Source: Candidatus Binataceae bacterium
GTDB taxonomy: Bacteria; Desulfobacterota; Binatia; Binatales; Binataceae
Direction: 5' to 3'
Assembly: GCA_963798375.1 (NCBI GenBank)
Contig: CAWCTG010000008.1
Coordinates: 54,571 to 118,570 of the forward strand
Length of the DNA: 64,000 nt
Under the pieces are notes generated by a model. The model did no database searches. It saw nothing but the letters and a program-made list of their open reading frames with translations, and was not told the origin of the DNA. The translations under genes and the position numbers were made by a program. Below are positions 20,068 to 30,588 of the stretch, piece after piece (positions within the stretch are counted from its first letter, which is position 1; every line of letters begins with the position of its first letter).

Positions 20068-21765
20068 TCAGGCGAACAGCATCTCGGACATCGCGCCGCC
20101 GGGCGGAATCATGGGCATCACCGCCTCTTCCTTGGGGATCACGATGTCGATGAGTACCGGACCGGGGGTCGCGAATGCTTCCTTCATCGTCGCAACCAGG
20201 TCTTTCGATTTTTCAATTCGGAAGCCGCGCGCACCGTAGGCATCGGCCAGCTTGACGAAATTCGGCACCGACATTGCGGTGTAGGAATACCGTTCGGCGT
20301 AGAACTTCTCCTGCCATTGGCGAACCATTCCGAGGAAGTAGTTATTGAGTATGATTACCTTGACATCGACTTTGTATTGGACTGCGGTACCCAGTTCCTG
20401 GATGTTCATCTGAATCGAGCCGTCGCCCGAAACCACTACAACCTTCTTGTCAGGCGCGGCGAACGTCGCACCGATTCCGGCCGGCAGTCCGTAGCCCATG
20501 GTACCCAGTCCGCCCGAGGTCAGCCATGAGCGGGGATGCTCAAACGGGAACATCTGAGCTACCCACATCTGATGCTGCCCGACATCAGTGACTAGTATGC
20601 AGTCGCCCTTGGTGAGTTTGTGCAGTTCGGCGATAACGTCGATCGGGGAGACGCTCTCGCCACGATGAATGTTCTCGTAGAGCGGTTTCTCCTTCTGCCA
20701 CTTGAGGATCTGGTGATGCCATTTCGTCCAATCGGCGTGGCGCTTCGCGATACTCTCGCGGCCCTTAATCGTGGTCAGCATGTCAGTCAGTACCGACTTG
20801 ATATCGCCGACGATCGGAATATCGACCTTGACGTTCTTCGAAATGGACGACGGGTCGATATCGATGTGAATGATCGTCTCGGCCTTCGGCGCGAATTCAG
20901 AAATCTTGCCGGTGACGCGATCGTCGAAGCGCGCGCCGACTGCGATTAGGCAATCGGTGTTGCATACCGCCGTGTTGGTGCCGTACGAACCGTGCATCCC
21001 GAGCATCCCGAGCCGCAGCGAATCGGAGGCGGGGTACGATCCCAATCCCATCAACGTCTCGGTAACTGGAATACCAAGTCCTTTAACCAGTTCGCGCAGC
21101 TCGGGGGCCGCACCGGACCATTGCACGCCGCCGCCGACGTAGAACAGCGGCGTCGAACTCTTCTCGATCGCCTCGATCGCGCGCTCGATCTGGCGGGGAT
21201 TGCCGCGAATTGTGGGCTTGTAGCCGCGCAGTTCAATTTTCTCGGGCAGGTGGAGAACATGCTCCGCCTGTTGCACGTCCTTGGGCAAATCGACCACCAC
21301 CGGACCGGGACGCCCGCTGCCGGCGATATAGAACGCTTCCTTGATGATGCGCGCGATGTCCTTGACGTTCTTGACCAGGAAATTGTGCTTGGTGCACGGG
21401 CGAGTGATGCCGACGAAGTCCGCCTCCTGGAAAGCATCGTTGCCAATCATCGTGGTCGGAACCTGGCCCGACAAAACCACCATCGGGGTGGAATCCATGT
21501 ACGCGTCGGCGATTCCCGTGACGGTGTTGGTCGCACCGGGCCCCGAAGTGACGATGACGACGCCCGGGCGTCCGCTGACCCGCGCATAGCCCTCCGCCAT
21601 GTGGGTCGCGCCCTGCTCGTGGCGGACCAGAACGTGCTTGATCTTTGAGTCGAGTAGCGCGTCGTAAGTCGGCAGGATCGCGCCGCCCGGATAGCCGAAG
21701 ATTACATCGACGCCCTCGGCAATCAGGCTCTCGACAACGATTTGTGCTCCCGTAAGTTTTTTCAT
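20068..21765 (-). CDS. ilvB: Acetolactate synthase large subunit
   Basis: FGYPGGAILP, RHEQGA, TSGPGATN, GARFDDR, DVGQHQMW and ThDP motif GDGSIQMN...NN. Confidence 0.95.
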   Translation of the reverse strand: MKKLTGAQIVVESLIAEGVDVIFGYPGGAILPTYDALLDSKIKHVLVRHEQGATHMAEGYARVSGRPGVVIVTSGPGATNTVTGIADAYMDSTPMVVLSGQVPTTMIGNDAFQEADFVGITRPCTKHNFLVKNVKDIARIIKEAFYIAGSGRPGPVVVDLPKDVQQAEHVLHLPEKIELRGYKPTIRGNPRQIERAIEAIEKSSTPLFYVGGGVQWSGAAPELRELVKGLGIPVTETLMGLGSYPASDSLRLGMLGMHGSYGTNTAVCNTDCLIAVGARFDDRVTGKISEFAPKAETIIHIDIDPSSISKNVKVDIPIVGDIKSVLTDMLTTIKGRESIAKRHADWTKWHHQILKWQKEKPLYENIHRGESVSPIDVIAELHKLTKGDCILVTDVGQHQMWVAQMFPFEHPRSWLTSGGLGTMGYGLPAGIGATFAAPDKKVVVVSGDGSIQMNIQELGTAVQYKVDVKVIILNNYFLGMVRQWQEKFYAERYSYTAMSVPNFVKLADAYGARGFRIEKSKDLVATMKEAFATPGPVLIDIVIPKEEAVMPMIPPGGAMSEMLFA

Positions 21766-21877
21766 CTACCGATTTTTGGCCGCTTTCCCCGTGATTTGAG
21801 CCTTCAAAGGTACACTACCCGCAGATGTCGGCACAACTTGTGCTCCACAACGGGAATGCTCGCAGCGATCCGATGCT

Positions 21878-22324
21878 CTAGTAGTGCTCTGTGGGACCGA
21901 AGGGCCCGCCGCCCGGTTCCGCACTCATCACTTCAAAGGTCTGATTGTTCGCGGAGAACATGCCGCGCACCGTCACGGTCTGGCCCGGCTCCACTTTCGC
22001 GAACGTGTCCTCTCCGACCCCGGTCACGTTGAAGTTGGGCTGGTACTGGCGGACCAACTGCCAGATGTCAGGCCAATGGACTTTGCCCGTGGGATCGTCA
22101 ACGTAGGCGTCGTTCAGCACGAACTTATAGGTTTTTCCGCCTACGCCCATCGTGACCGTCTGCTTGCCACCGTAGATCTGCCCCGGCGCGGGCTTGCTGA
22201 TGACCAGCGTAGTGGTAAGCGGAATCATCATCGGGCGCATCTGCGCATCGGCTCGGGCGGGATTGAATACAAAAGCCGAAATCGCGATCGCGAACAGACC
22301 GATCCCGGCAATAGCCTTTTTCAC
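21878..22324 (-). CDS. Hypothetical secreted protein (OB-fold-like)
   Basis: RBS and GTG start, signal peptide ending ARADA, C-terminal GQTVTVRG strand. Confidence 0.65.
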   Translation of the reverse strand: MKKAIAGIGLFAIAISAFVFNPARADAQMRPMMIPLTTTLVISKPAPGQIYGGKQTVTMGVGGKTYKFVLNDAYVDDPTGKVHWPDIWQLVRQYQPNFNVTGVGEDTFAKVEPGQTVTVRGMFSANNQTFEVMSAEPGGGPFGPTEHY

Positions 22325-22478
22325 GGGAGTGACCTCTGTCGCTCTTTGCTCAATCATAGAGAGCGCGTCGATAAACGATCAAGCGAGACACTTTCGATCG
22401 AGACCTTGAAACCTTGCAATGGGAGGCCGTCTGGTTTAATCGCCAACTCGGAGCGCAGACTTGCGGAACTCAACCATC

Positions 22479-23588
22479 ATGTCGCGATCAGCCAAACGTC
22501 TCACCGCTTGCGGCGCAGCATTGGTGCTGCTCGCCGGAATCGTGTGGTGGATGGCGCACGTGCCGGCGGTGCAGGATGCGCTGCTAAGGCGGATGGTCGA
22601 GCGGACCCTAGGCGCAACGCGCAATGATCTCCTGGCCGACGACGCGCTCCGCGTTGTCCTGTGCGGTACCGGAAATCCGCTTCCCGATCCCAATCGGGCG
22701 GATGCGTGCACGGCGGTCTTCGCCGGCGGCAACATGTATCTCGTGGACGCCGGCCCCGGCTCATGGAAGAACCTCGCGCTCTGGCATCTGCCGGCGCCCA
22801 AGCTGGCAGCGGTGATGCTGACGCACTACCACTCGGATCATATCGGCGACCTTGGCGACATTAATATGCAGACGTGGGCGCAGGGCCGTGCGAACCCGCT
22901 GCGCGTCTTCGGTCCGCCTGGGGTCGAGCAGGTGGTGGGCGGATTCGCGCAGGCGTACGCGCTGGACCGGGACTATCGCGTAGCGCATCACGGCGCCGCA
23001 CTTATGCCACCGGCCAACTGGACGATGGAATCACACGTGGTGAAGATCGATACCGCGCCGGGCGCGGCGCCGTGCGCAGGTGGCTCGGCGACCGTTCTCG
23101 AAGAGAACGGCCTCAAAGTGACCGCCTTTACCGTCAATCATGCGCCGGTCGTGCCCGCGTACGGCTACCGATTCGACTACAAGGGGCGCTCGGTGGTGAT
23201 CAGCGGCGACACGACCAAATGCGCCAACTTGGTCGCGCAGGCGCGCGGCGCCGACGTCCTGATCCATGAAGCGCAGTCGGCAACGATGGTGAAACTTATC
23301 GAAGACGCGGCCAGCCGGCGGGGAAACGCGCGGGTGGCGAAGATCATGTCCGACATTCTCCGTTACCATACGACGCCCGAGGACGCGGCCGCCGAGGCGA
23401 ACCAGGCGGGCGTGCGGCTCCTGGTGCTGAGCCATATCGGGCCGCCGACGCCTAACGCCTTCGTGCGGATGTCATTCATGCGGGGGGTCGGCGCGGTGCG
23501 GCCGCGCGGCGTCGTGCTCGGATACGACGGAATGCTGCTTACAATGCCGGCGGGTTCAGACACAATCGATATTTCCAGCGTCAACTAG
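22479..23588 (+). CDS. MBL-fold metallohydrolase (RNase Z/AtsA-like), N-terminally anchored
   Basis: LCGTGNP, THYHSDHIGD, HAPVVPAYGYR, SGDT, HEA, YHT, LSH. Confidence 0.85.
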   Translation: MSRSAKRLTACGAALVLLAGIVWWMAHVPAVQDALLRRMVERTLGATRNDLLADDALRVVLCGTGNPLPDPNRADACTAVFAGGNMYLVDAGPGSWKNLALWHLPAPKLAAVMLTHYHSDHIGDLGDINMQTWAQGRANPLRVFGPPGVEQVVGGFAQAYALDRDYRVAHHGAALMPPANWTMESHVVKIDTAPGAAPCAGGSATVLEENGLKVTAFTVNHAPVVPAYGYRFDYKGRSVVISGDTTKCANLVAQARGADVLIHEAQSATMVKLIEDAASRRGNARVAKIMSDILRYHTTPEDAAAEANQAGVRLLVLSHIGPPTPNAFVRMSFMRGVGAVRPRGVVLGYDGMLLTMPAGSDTIDISSVN

Positions 23589-23683
23589 CAGCCGCGCTGA
23601 ACTTCGGCGATAAGCAATGCTACAATTGGCGCACGAGGTAACCGCCGCTCAATTCGCGGACTTCCCGTCACCGGAGAACCTGG

Positions 23684-24334
23684 ATGACACTCCAATACGA
23701 TCTATTCTGGTCCTTTCGCTCGCCGTATTCCTACCTCGTTACGCCGCGCCTGATTGAATTCGAACGCGAGTACGACGTGAAGGCCAATGTCCGGCCGGTT
23801 TATCCGATCGCAGTCCGCATTCCCGGCTTTTTCAAACAGGTGAATCCGATGTGGCCGCCCTATTTGCTTCGCGATTGCTCGCGCATCGCGGAGATGTTGG
23901 GCATGCCGTTTGCCTGGCCCAGCCCCGATCCGATCGTCATGAACATCGGCACCGGCGAGGTGGCCAACGAGCAACCGTACATCCACAGGTTGACAAGGTT
24001 GGGCGCCGCCGCCGCCGCACTCGGCAAGGGACTGCCGTTCCTCGCAGCCGTCAGCGCGGTCATTTTCGGCGGCGTCAGGGACTGGCATCTCGGCGGCCAT
24101 CTCGCCGGCGCGGCGCAGCGCGCAGGGCTGGACCTCACGAGGCTCGATTCGGAAATCGAGCGCGATCCCGATCGTTATGAAGCTGCGATCGCCGAAAATG
24201 AGTCCGCGCAGAAACGCGCCGGCCATTGGGGCGTCCCACTGATGGTCTTCAACGACGAGCCGTTTTTCGGGCAGGACCGCTTCGATCTGCTGCGATGGCG
24301 CATGCAACGAAACGGACTCACCAGCCGCCGCTGA
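23684..24334 (+). CDS. DsbA-like 2-hydroxychromene-2-carboxylate isomerase / kappa GST family
   Basis: SFRSPYSYL ... GHWGVP...EPFFGQDR. Confidence 0.88.
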   Translation: MTLQYDLFWSFRSPYSYLVTPRLIEFEREYDVKANVRPVYPIAVRIPGFFKQVNPMWPPYLLRDCSRIAEMLGMPFAWPSPDPIVMNIGTGEVANEQPYIHRLTRLGAAAAALGKGLPFLAAVSAVIFGGVRDWHLGGHLAGAAQRAGLDLTRLDSEIERDPDRYEAAIAENESAQKRAGHWGVPLMVFNDEPFFGQDRFDLLRWRMQRNGLTSRR

Positions 24335-24345
24335 TGGAGGTACTC

Positions 24346-25709
24346 ATGCGACAGTCACCGTTGCGAATCGTGCTCGGAACCTTGCTGGCAGTGATGCTCT
24401 GCTCGTTGCCGCGTGCACAGGCCGACGTCAAACCCGGCGATGTAATCACCAAGGACAATGCATCCAAGGTCGCCGACCTGCTCAGCCCCGGCAACTACGT
24501 GCTGGTCCGCGAGGGCATGCAGCTCAGGATCGTGCCGACCGACAAGCTCGATTGGCCGCCGCCGTTCAGAGCCGCGACCGAGAAGTACTCGCCCCAGGTC
24601 CAGCTCGGGCCCGACGGCACCCTCAAGGGTTACGTCTCTGGGCAGCCGTTTCCGCTGGTCGATCCGAACGATCCGCAAGTGGCGCTCAAGGTGATGTGGA
24701 ATTTCAGCTACCGGCCGCTTTACAGCGACGATATCGATATGCGCTATCCCGAGGTTGCCAGCTTCGACAAGAACGCGACCGGCTCGCCGCTGAGCTACTA
24801 CACGGTGGGGCATTTCGCCTTCTACAACAATATCGGCCGCATCGAGGTGCCTCCGATACCGACCGATCCCGACGGCGTGGCCAGCGGCATTCGTTACCGC
24901 TTCGGCTTCTATCCGTTCATGGAACCGTCGTCGTTGCGCGGCTACGGGATGGTCCGGCAGCGGCATATCGATCCCACCATCGAGGACAACGTATGGGTGT
25001 TCAGTCCCGCCACGCGCAAGCTGCGCCGTCAATCCGCGGCAGTGCTCTCGGACGCTATCGGCGCTCTGCCGGGATTCAGCGGCGGCGGAGGATCCGGCGC
25101 GGCGGCTACGGGGGCGGCGGTGGTGGCGCGGGCGGCGGCGGCGGAGCCAGCGCTTTCGCTAACACGCTCGATCCTGACTCATACTTCGGCTTCTCGGCGA
25201 AAGTCGAAGATTTCAACTACCGATTCCTGGGCGAGAAGCAGATGCTCGCGTCGGTGCACGCCGTGCATTCGCCCGAGCCGCAATGCCCGTTCGACGGCGG
25301 CAAGACCATTTGCCCGGAAGACTGGGAGATGCGCCATCTGTACGTGATCGAAGCGGACTCGAAGCCGGGCCACGATATGACCATCCCCAAGCGAATCTTC
25401 TACATCGATTCAGAAGGATGGTTCATCACGGCGTCGGATCAGTACGATCGCGACGGCAAGCTGTGGAAGACTCTCGCGACCTTCAACACATACCGCGACC
25501 GGCCCGTGCCGGACGCGAGAGTCGCCATCTATCCGTACAAGCGGATGTTCCAGCTCGGCCTGGTCGATGAGGATCTCGACACCGGCTTCAGTTCGGTCGT
25601 CTATATGCCCGGATCGACCGCGCCCGATCGCGAATGCTGGTATATCGATATGGGAACAGTGGACAACGCCTTTCTGGAGCCGCAGGCGCTGGAGAGAGCC
25701 GGCCACTGA
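24346..25709 (+). CDS. DUF1329 (LolA-like fold) secreted protein, split by one frameshift near 25100
   Basis: Signal peptide, VKPGDVITKDN, GQPFP, VWVFSPATRKLRR in one frame; KRIFYIDSE...YDRDGKLWK in the next frame; shift lies in a Gly-rich GGC tract. Confidence 0.78.
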
Positions 25710-25907
25710 TCAGGAAGAATCGACCTACAGCTGCAACACGAACCGGATGTCGCCCAGGCGCAGCCGGCTGCCGGCGCTCACGAACGCCGAGCCATGTATC
25801 TGGCGATCGTCCACGTAGCTGCCGTTAGTCGAATTCAGGTCCATCAGTTCGAATCCACCGTCGCGGCGCATCAAGCGCGCGTGCTGGCGCGACACGCTCG
25901 CGTGCGG
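25662..25907. repeat. 246-bp direct repeat, copy 1 (3' ends of the DUF1329 and VWA-FHA genes)
   Basis: Matches 26511-26756 with 2 mismatches (gatcagg/gataagg; ccatgtatc/ccatggatc). Confidence 0.95.
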
Positions 25908-25915
25908 GTCGCGAT

Positions 25916-25943
25916 TTGACGCGGGCCAATTTCTTTGTACACT
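25916..25943 (+). promoter_or_regulatory. Putative sigma70 promoter for leaderless hicBA
   Basis: TTGACG-N16-TACACT, with the hicB ATG 7 nt downstream and no RBS. Confidence 0.5.
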
Positions 25944-25950
25944 GAACGCG

Positions 25951-26220
25951 ATGAGCAAGCCCCGCAAGGAACTACTTCACGGCACCGCCTACCGCTACAC
26001 GGTACTGTTTGAGCGCGCGCCGGAAGGCGGCTATGTCGCCACGATTCCGGTCCTCGCAATCGCCACGCAGGGAGAGACTCTGCGGGAGACCCGGGCCATG
26101 GCCCGCGATGCGATTCGCGGACTCATCGAATCCCTGGCTAAAGATGGCGAGGAAATTCCAATCGAGCAACCTGCCGCCACGACCGAACGACTGGCGGTGA
26201 GACTGCTGGCCCGTGCATGA
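25951..26220 (+). CDS. hicB: HicB-family antitoxin
   Basis: YTVLFERAPEGGYVATIPVL.IATQGETLRETRAMARDAI...GEEIP. Confidence 0.88.
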   Translation: MSKPRKELLHGTAYRYTVLFERAPEGGYVATIPVLAIATQGETLRETRAMARDAIRGLIESLAKDGEEIPIEQPAATTERLAVRLLARA

Positions 26221-26442
26221 GACTTCCCGCGCTCAAGGCGCGAGAGGTCATCCGCGTCCTTGAGCAGCTCGGGTTCCAGCTCCACCACAGCACCGGCTCC
26301 CATCGCATCTACAAGAATCCCGCCACCGGGCGCCGCGCCGTCATTCCTTTTCCACGGAAGCCGCGACCTCAACGTCAATGTGCTGCGGTCCATTTTGAGG
26401 CAGGCCGACCTCGCTGAGGACGAGTTTGTGATACTGCTGTGA
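26217..26442 (+). CDS. hicA: HicA-family mRNA interferase toxin, +1 frameshift in T run at ~26350
   Basis: LPALKAREVIRVLEQLGF...GSH...VIP, then in the next frame FHGSRDL...LRSILRQA; ATGA overlap with hicB. Confidence 0.85.
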
Positions 26443-26510
26443 TGTTGGCTCGGGCAGCTCTCAGACCATTGGAGCCGTGATCCAATGGCGTGACGGTCGG
26501 ATACAGCGTC

Positions 26511-26756
26511 GACAACGCCTTTCTGGAGCCGCAGGCGCTGGAGAGAGCCGGCCACTGATAAGGAAGAATCGACCTACAGCTGCAACACGAACCGGATGTC
26601 GCCCAGGCGCAGCCGGCTGCCGGCGCTCACGAACGCCGAGCCATGGATCTGGCGATCGTCCACGTAGCTGCCGTTAGTCGAATTCAGGTCCATCAGTTCG
26701 AATCCACCGTCGCGGCGCATCAAGCGCGCGTGCTGGCGCGACACGCTCGCGTGCGG
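26511..26756. repeat. 246-bp direct repeat, copy 2
   Basis: See copy 1; this copy provides the intact 3' end of the VWA-FHA gene. Confidence 0.95.
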
Positions 26757-28217
26757 AATGACGACGTCGTTGTCCTCGCCGCGGCCGATCGATATCTCGT
26801 CTTTCATCAGCGAGTATTCCGCCGGCACCGGATCGACGCGATCGACTGCCACCAACCGCGCGCCCTTCGTATTTCCCGCCCCGCGGGGCGCGGTCATCGG
26901 TGAATGCGACGGTCTGGCGGGCGCGCGCTGGACCGCGCGCGCCGCTGGCGGTGGCGCCGACGGCATCCTGAGTGAGGGTGCGCCCTGCGCCTCGACAATA
27001 GCCTTTAGTTCGTCGGCCGGGACCCCGAACCTCATTCGCGACAGCCCGAACAGCCCGATGATTGCGATCAACGGTACTGCTCCGTTCCACCAGCTGAACG
27101 AGAATTGCTTAAGCCCGGTGCCGGTCGAGTTTCCACCGGCCGTGCCCGCGTCCTCCGGCACGTTAATCGCGGCGCCGCCGAGGCCCCGCACCTGGTACGC
27201 GGTCTCAGCTTCGCCCGCTTCGCCGTTGTAATCGATCTTCAGTTCGACACTGCGATTGGTGCCGTCTTCAATCGGCCGCGGCGTTCGATAGGTCAGCGAA
27301 TACTCCGTCGCGATCGAATGGCCGATTTCGCGCACCAGCGACGCGAAGCGGCCTTCTTCCGTGATGATATTGTACGAACGGCCGTGCGTCGCATCGACGA
27401 TTTCCTGGTACTCGGGCGCGATGAACGGCGGCGGAACCACCCCATACAGAGTGAGCCCGTTCTTCTTGAGCAGGTCGGCGACTTTGGTCCCGGTCAGATC
27501 CGTCACCTGCACCCCGCGAGTATGATGGTCCCAGAAGGCCTGATCGTGCGCCGTGTCGGCCGAGCCGTCGCCGTCATGATGAGGCGGCGCGTCGGTGACG
27601 ATAATGATGATGCCTTCGGCCTCGGGGCGAAATGGAAACTTCGCCGCATAGGCAAGCGCGTCGAGCTGATCCTCGGGGATGTCGCCGCCGCCGCCGGCGT
27701 GCAGGCTGCCCACCCACTCGGTGAACTGCTTGACGTCCGAAGTAAACGAGTTGCGATAGGCGCAGTTGCAGTCTGGGTACGCCGAGACCACGTAATCCTC
27801 GAAGGTCACCAGCCCAAGCCGGTAGTCGCGGCTGTTGGACTGCAGGTCCTGCGCAAACGCGATCACGTTCTGCTTGACCGCGTCGATATAGGGCTGCATC
27901 GATTCCGTCACGTCCAACACGAACACGATATCGACGGGACGGCCCTGACCGACTCCGCGAAAATCGAGGATCTTGGCTTCCTTGCCGTCTTCAAATACCT
28001 TCACGTTGTCGGGACGAAGGTTGCCGACCGGATTGCCGTTCGGATCGGTCAGACCGAAGTCGAGTTGCACGCCGCCGTCGGTGTCGAAATGCTCGAGGCC
28101 CGGATTTCCGGTCGTGATTTTCAAGCTCGCATCGGCCGCGGTCACTCGAACCCCGAAGCCGAGCACAAAGAAAAGTGCGAACAGACAGCAGCGGGCGTTT
28201 CGATTCGACGGGTTCAT
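26574..28217 (-). CDS. Membrane protein with extracellular VWA domain and cytoplasmic FHA domain
   Basis: Signal peptide; MIDAS-like DIVFVLDVTESM, GGGDIPE, TDAPPH; TM helix; FHA IGR...SVSRQHA...DLNSTNGSYV. Confidence 0.88.
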   Translation of the reverse strand: MNPSNRNARCCLFALFFVLGFGVRVTAADASLKITTGNPGLEHFDTDGGVQLDFGLTDPNGNPVGNLRPDNVKVFEDGKEAKILDFRGVGQGRPVDIVFVLDVTESMQPYIDAVKQNVIAFAQDLQSNSRDYRLGLVTFEDYVVSAYPDCNCAYRNSFTSDVKQFTEWVGSLHAGGGGDIPEDQLDALAYAAKFPFRPEAEGIIIIVTDAPPHHDGDGSADTAHDQAFWDHHTRGVQVTDLTGTKVADLLKKNGLTLYGVVPPPFIAPEYQEIVDATHGRSYNIITEEGRFASLVREIGHSIATEYSLTYRTPRPIEDGTNRSVELKIDYNGEAGEAETAYQVRGLGGAAINVPEDAGTAGGNSTGTGLKQFSFSWWNGAVPLIAIIGLFGLSRMRFGVPADELKAIVEAQGAPSLRMPSAPPPAARAVQRAPARPSHSPMTAPRGAGNTKGARLVAVDRVDPVPAEYSLMKDEISIGRGEDNDVVIPHASVSRQHARLMRRDGGFELMDLNSTNGSYVDDRQIHGSAFVSAGSRLRLGDIRFVLQL

Positions 28218-28363
28218 CGCTGGGGTTGATTCTCCAGATCGGGAAGCCGATCAGTCAAGCTCCATGATCCATCTGACGTTAACGCAAGCGATTGTATTCT
28301 TGCCTTCGCACACCGGTTAGGTTATCCCAAACGCTGACCCAATACTTCTTCGATGGATTCTGT

Positions 28364-30588
28364 GTGAAAGATTTTTTTGTGCGTCGCACCGCTCGCGGCC
28401 TGACAGTACCTTTCGTCATCGTGATTTGCGTGCTGCTGGCCGCTGTCGGGTCGGCCCGGGCCACTTCAACGGCGCAGGTCGAGGTAGGATTTGTGGGCGT
28501 TCCACCGCCGAACTTTCAGAATGTTCTTCTCAATGTTCAGTCGGTTCGCATCAATCGCAATACGGACGCTGGCCCCGCCAATGGCGCATGGGAAACCATT
28601 CCGGTGCCTCCGGGGATCGGCGACGTTCCACAGAACGCGGACTTGCAGATCGATCTCAACACTTCGCAGGACGAACCCCAGCTCTTCAATACTGCCACTG
28701 TGCGGCCCGACACCTACACCATTGCCGAGATTCAGCTCGATCCGAACAATCCCGGCACATTGATCCCCGACTGCCCGCAAATACCGCAGCCGGTCGGCAG
28801 CACCGCCGACGGATGCATCAATTACCCCTTCCAGTTGGCTCTCAACACCAACGTCATCACCGTGACAAATACCAATCCCGGCGGGCTGATCGCGCCGAAA
28901 AAGGGGACCCTGGCGCAGTTGTTCCTGCAAGTGTCGCTGATGATCAATCAGGCGCCCACGACCCCCGGCGGGCCCTATACGGTAACGATCACGATGCAGT
29001 CGCCGCCCACGAATCCGCTCCAGCTCGGCACGATCACAGGGTCCGTGTCGGGCTCGGCGACTGCGGCGACGAGAGGTGTCCGCCAGTTGGCGGTGACCGC
29101 CGAAGCGATCGGAACCAATACCCCTATCGCGACCGCTCCGGTCCAAAACGGGAAGTTTAACCTGGCACTTCCGGCGGCCGGCGGCCCGACAGGGATATAT
29201 GGATTTGGAACACTCTACGACCTCGCGCTGGCCGGCGGAGGGGATACCTACGGGGCAGCGCGGTTGCCGCCGTTATACCCGGGGCAACCGCTCTCACAAA
29301 ACTTTGCCCCCAAAGGGAGCCAGACGCTTGGCAATATCACGGGTACGGTCAACGACAATTGTGTCGCGACCAAGCCCATTGTCGGTGCGACCCTGCAGTT
29401 GCTGATTCCGCCCGATAGCGTCACCGTCACGCCACCGGCAACACCGGCAACCTTCTGTATTGAATACCCCGAACAATGCGTCGCTGTCGCGACGGCGAAT
29501 ACCGACAACGCAGGCGATTTCCCGCTGCCGGGTACACTCACGATCCCCGCTGAGTTCGAAAACGTTCCGGTGCTACCGAAAAAAGCGTCCTATGCGATGG
29601 AGATCTCGGCGCCGGGTTACGATTCTTTATTCGTCCAGGCAATTCCGAGCGCGGGCAATAAAGGTGGCACTTGCACCACCAGCCCCGCCGGCACCGCTTT
29701 CACCACGTGCGAGTTCGCGCTGAACACGGGATACATCAGCGGCACTATCCCCATAACACCGCCAAATCCGGGGCAGACACCCTGGTCCAGGTTTTCGCCG
29801 AGGACCATGGAACCAACAATATCGAAAGCTCGCTCCCGATGCCGCTGGTCGTCACGAACTCGAACGTTGGCACCTGCCCGGGACCTCCATCATATAGTTG
29901 CGTTTCTTTTACGCTGAATGTCCCGACCTCGGATACCGTTCCCCAGGGCTTTGATCTGTTCGCTACGACGATCGATCTCTATCAGGGCGTCTCCGATCCG
30001 TTTCAGGGCCACACCACCGCGGTGCTGGCAGACGTTGCGGCGCCGCCGCCGCCCTCCGCTCCGGGAATATGCAGTACTACGACGACGGCGAATTTTCCCC
30101 TCGACCAAAATATCGACTGCGTCGGTCACGGCAGCGTGATCGGCGGTCCAAGTGGTGTCGCCAACGCGGACCTCGGCACCTCGGTCGTCCTGTCGAAAGA
30201 TAACGTGCAGATAACAAATACTGCCGTGCAGAACGTGACGACTGATAACCCGAACAACAGTTACGCCTTCTGCGTTCCTGCCGACACTTATCAGCTACAA
30301 AGGCTCCAATTGCCAGTACCCGCTTATTCGGTGGTGCCGAGTTCGTCGCCTACACCTGTGCTTGACACCAATACGGTGACCGTCACGATTCCGCCGCCTC
30401 CGCTATTCAACACTCCGAAGCCGACTCCGTCTGCGACTGCGACTGGAGGCCCGACGCCGACTGCGACCCTGACCCCGACCCCGGTCGCGACTCCGACCCC
30501 AAATGTAAAGTGCCCGACCACCTGCACGAATCCCGACGGCTCATGCCCCGGCATCTGCAACAACGTAATCCAGACGATACCAGACTGA
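28364..30588 (+). CDS. Large secreted Thr/Pro/Cys-rich protein (DUF4382-like N-terminus), frameshift near 29780
   Basis: Signal peptide, FQNVLLNVQSVRIN, beta-sandwich repeats (ITGTV...PIVGATLQL), PT linker and Cys-rich tail; two consecutive frames join. Confidence 0.65.
30418..30500 (+). repeat. Low-complexity Pro-Thr linker repeat (ccgacN units)
   Basis: Encodes KPTPSATATGGPTPTATLTPTPVATPTP. Confidence 0.6.

Noticed and set aside
21829-21843. Sigma54 -24/-12 promoter (GG-N10-GC)
   Set aside because: It points antisense into a gene end with no downstream sense gene
25725-25967. Separate small FHA gene
   Set aside because: It is the duplicated 3' fragment of the VWA-FHA gene inside the 246-bp repeat and lacks the N-terminal GR motif
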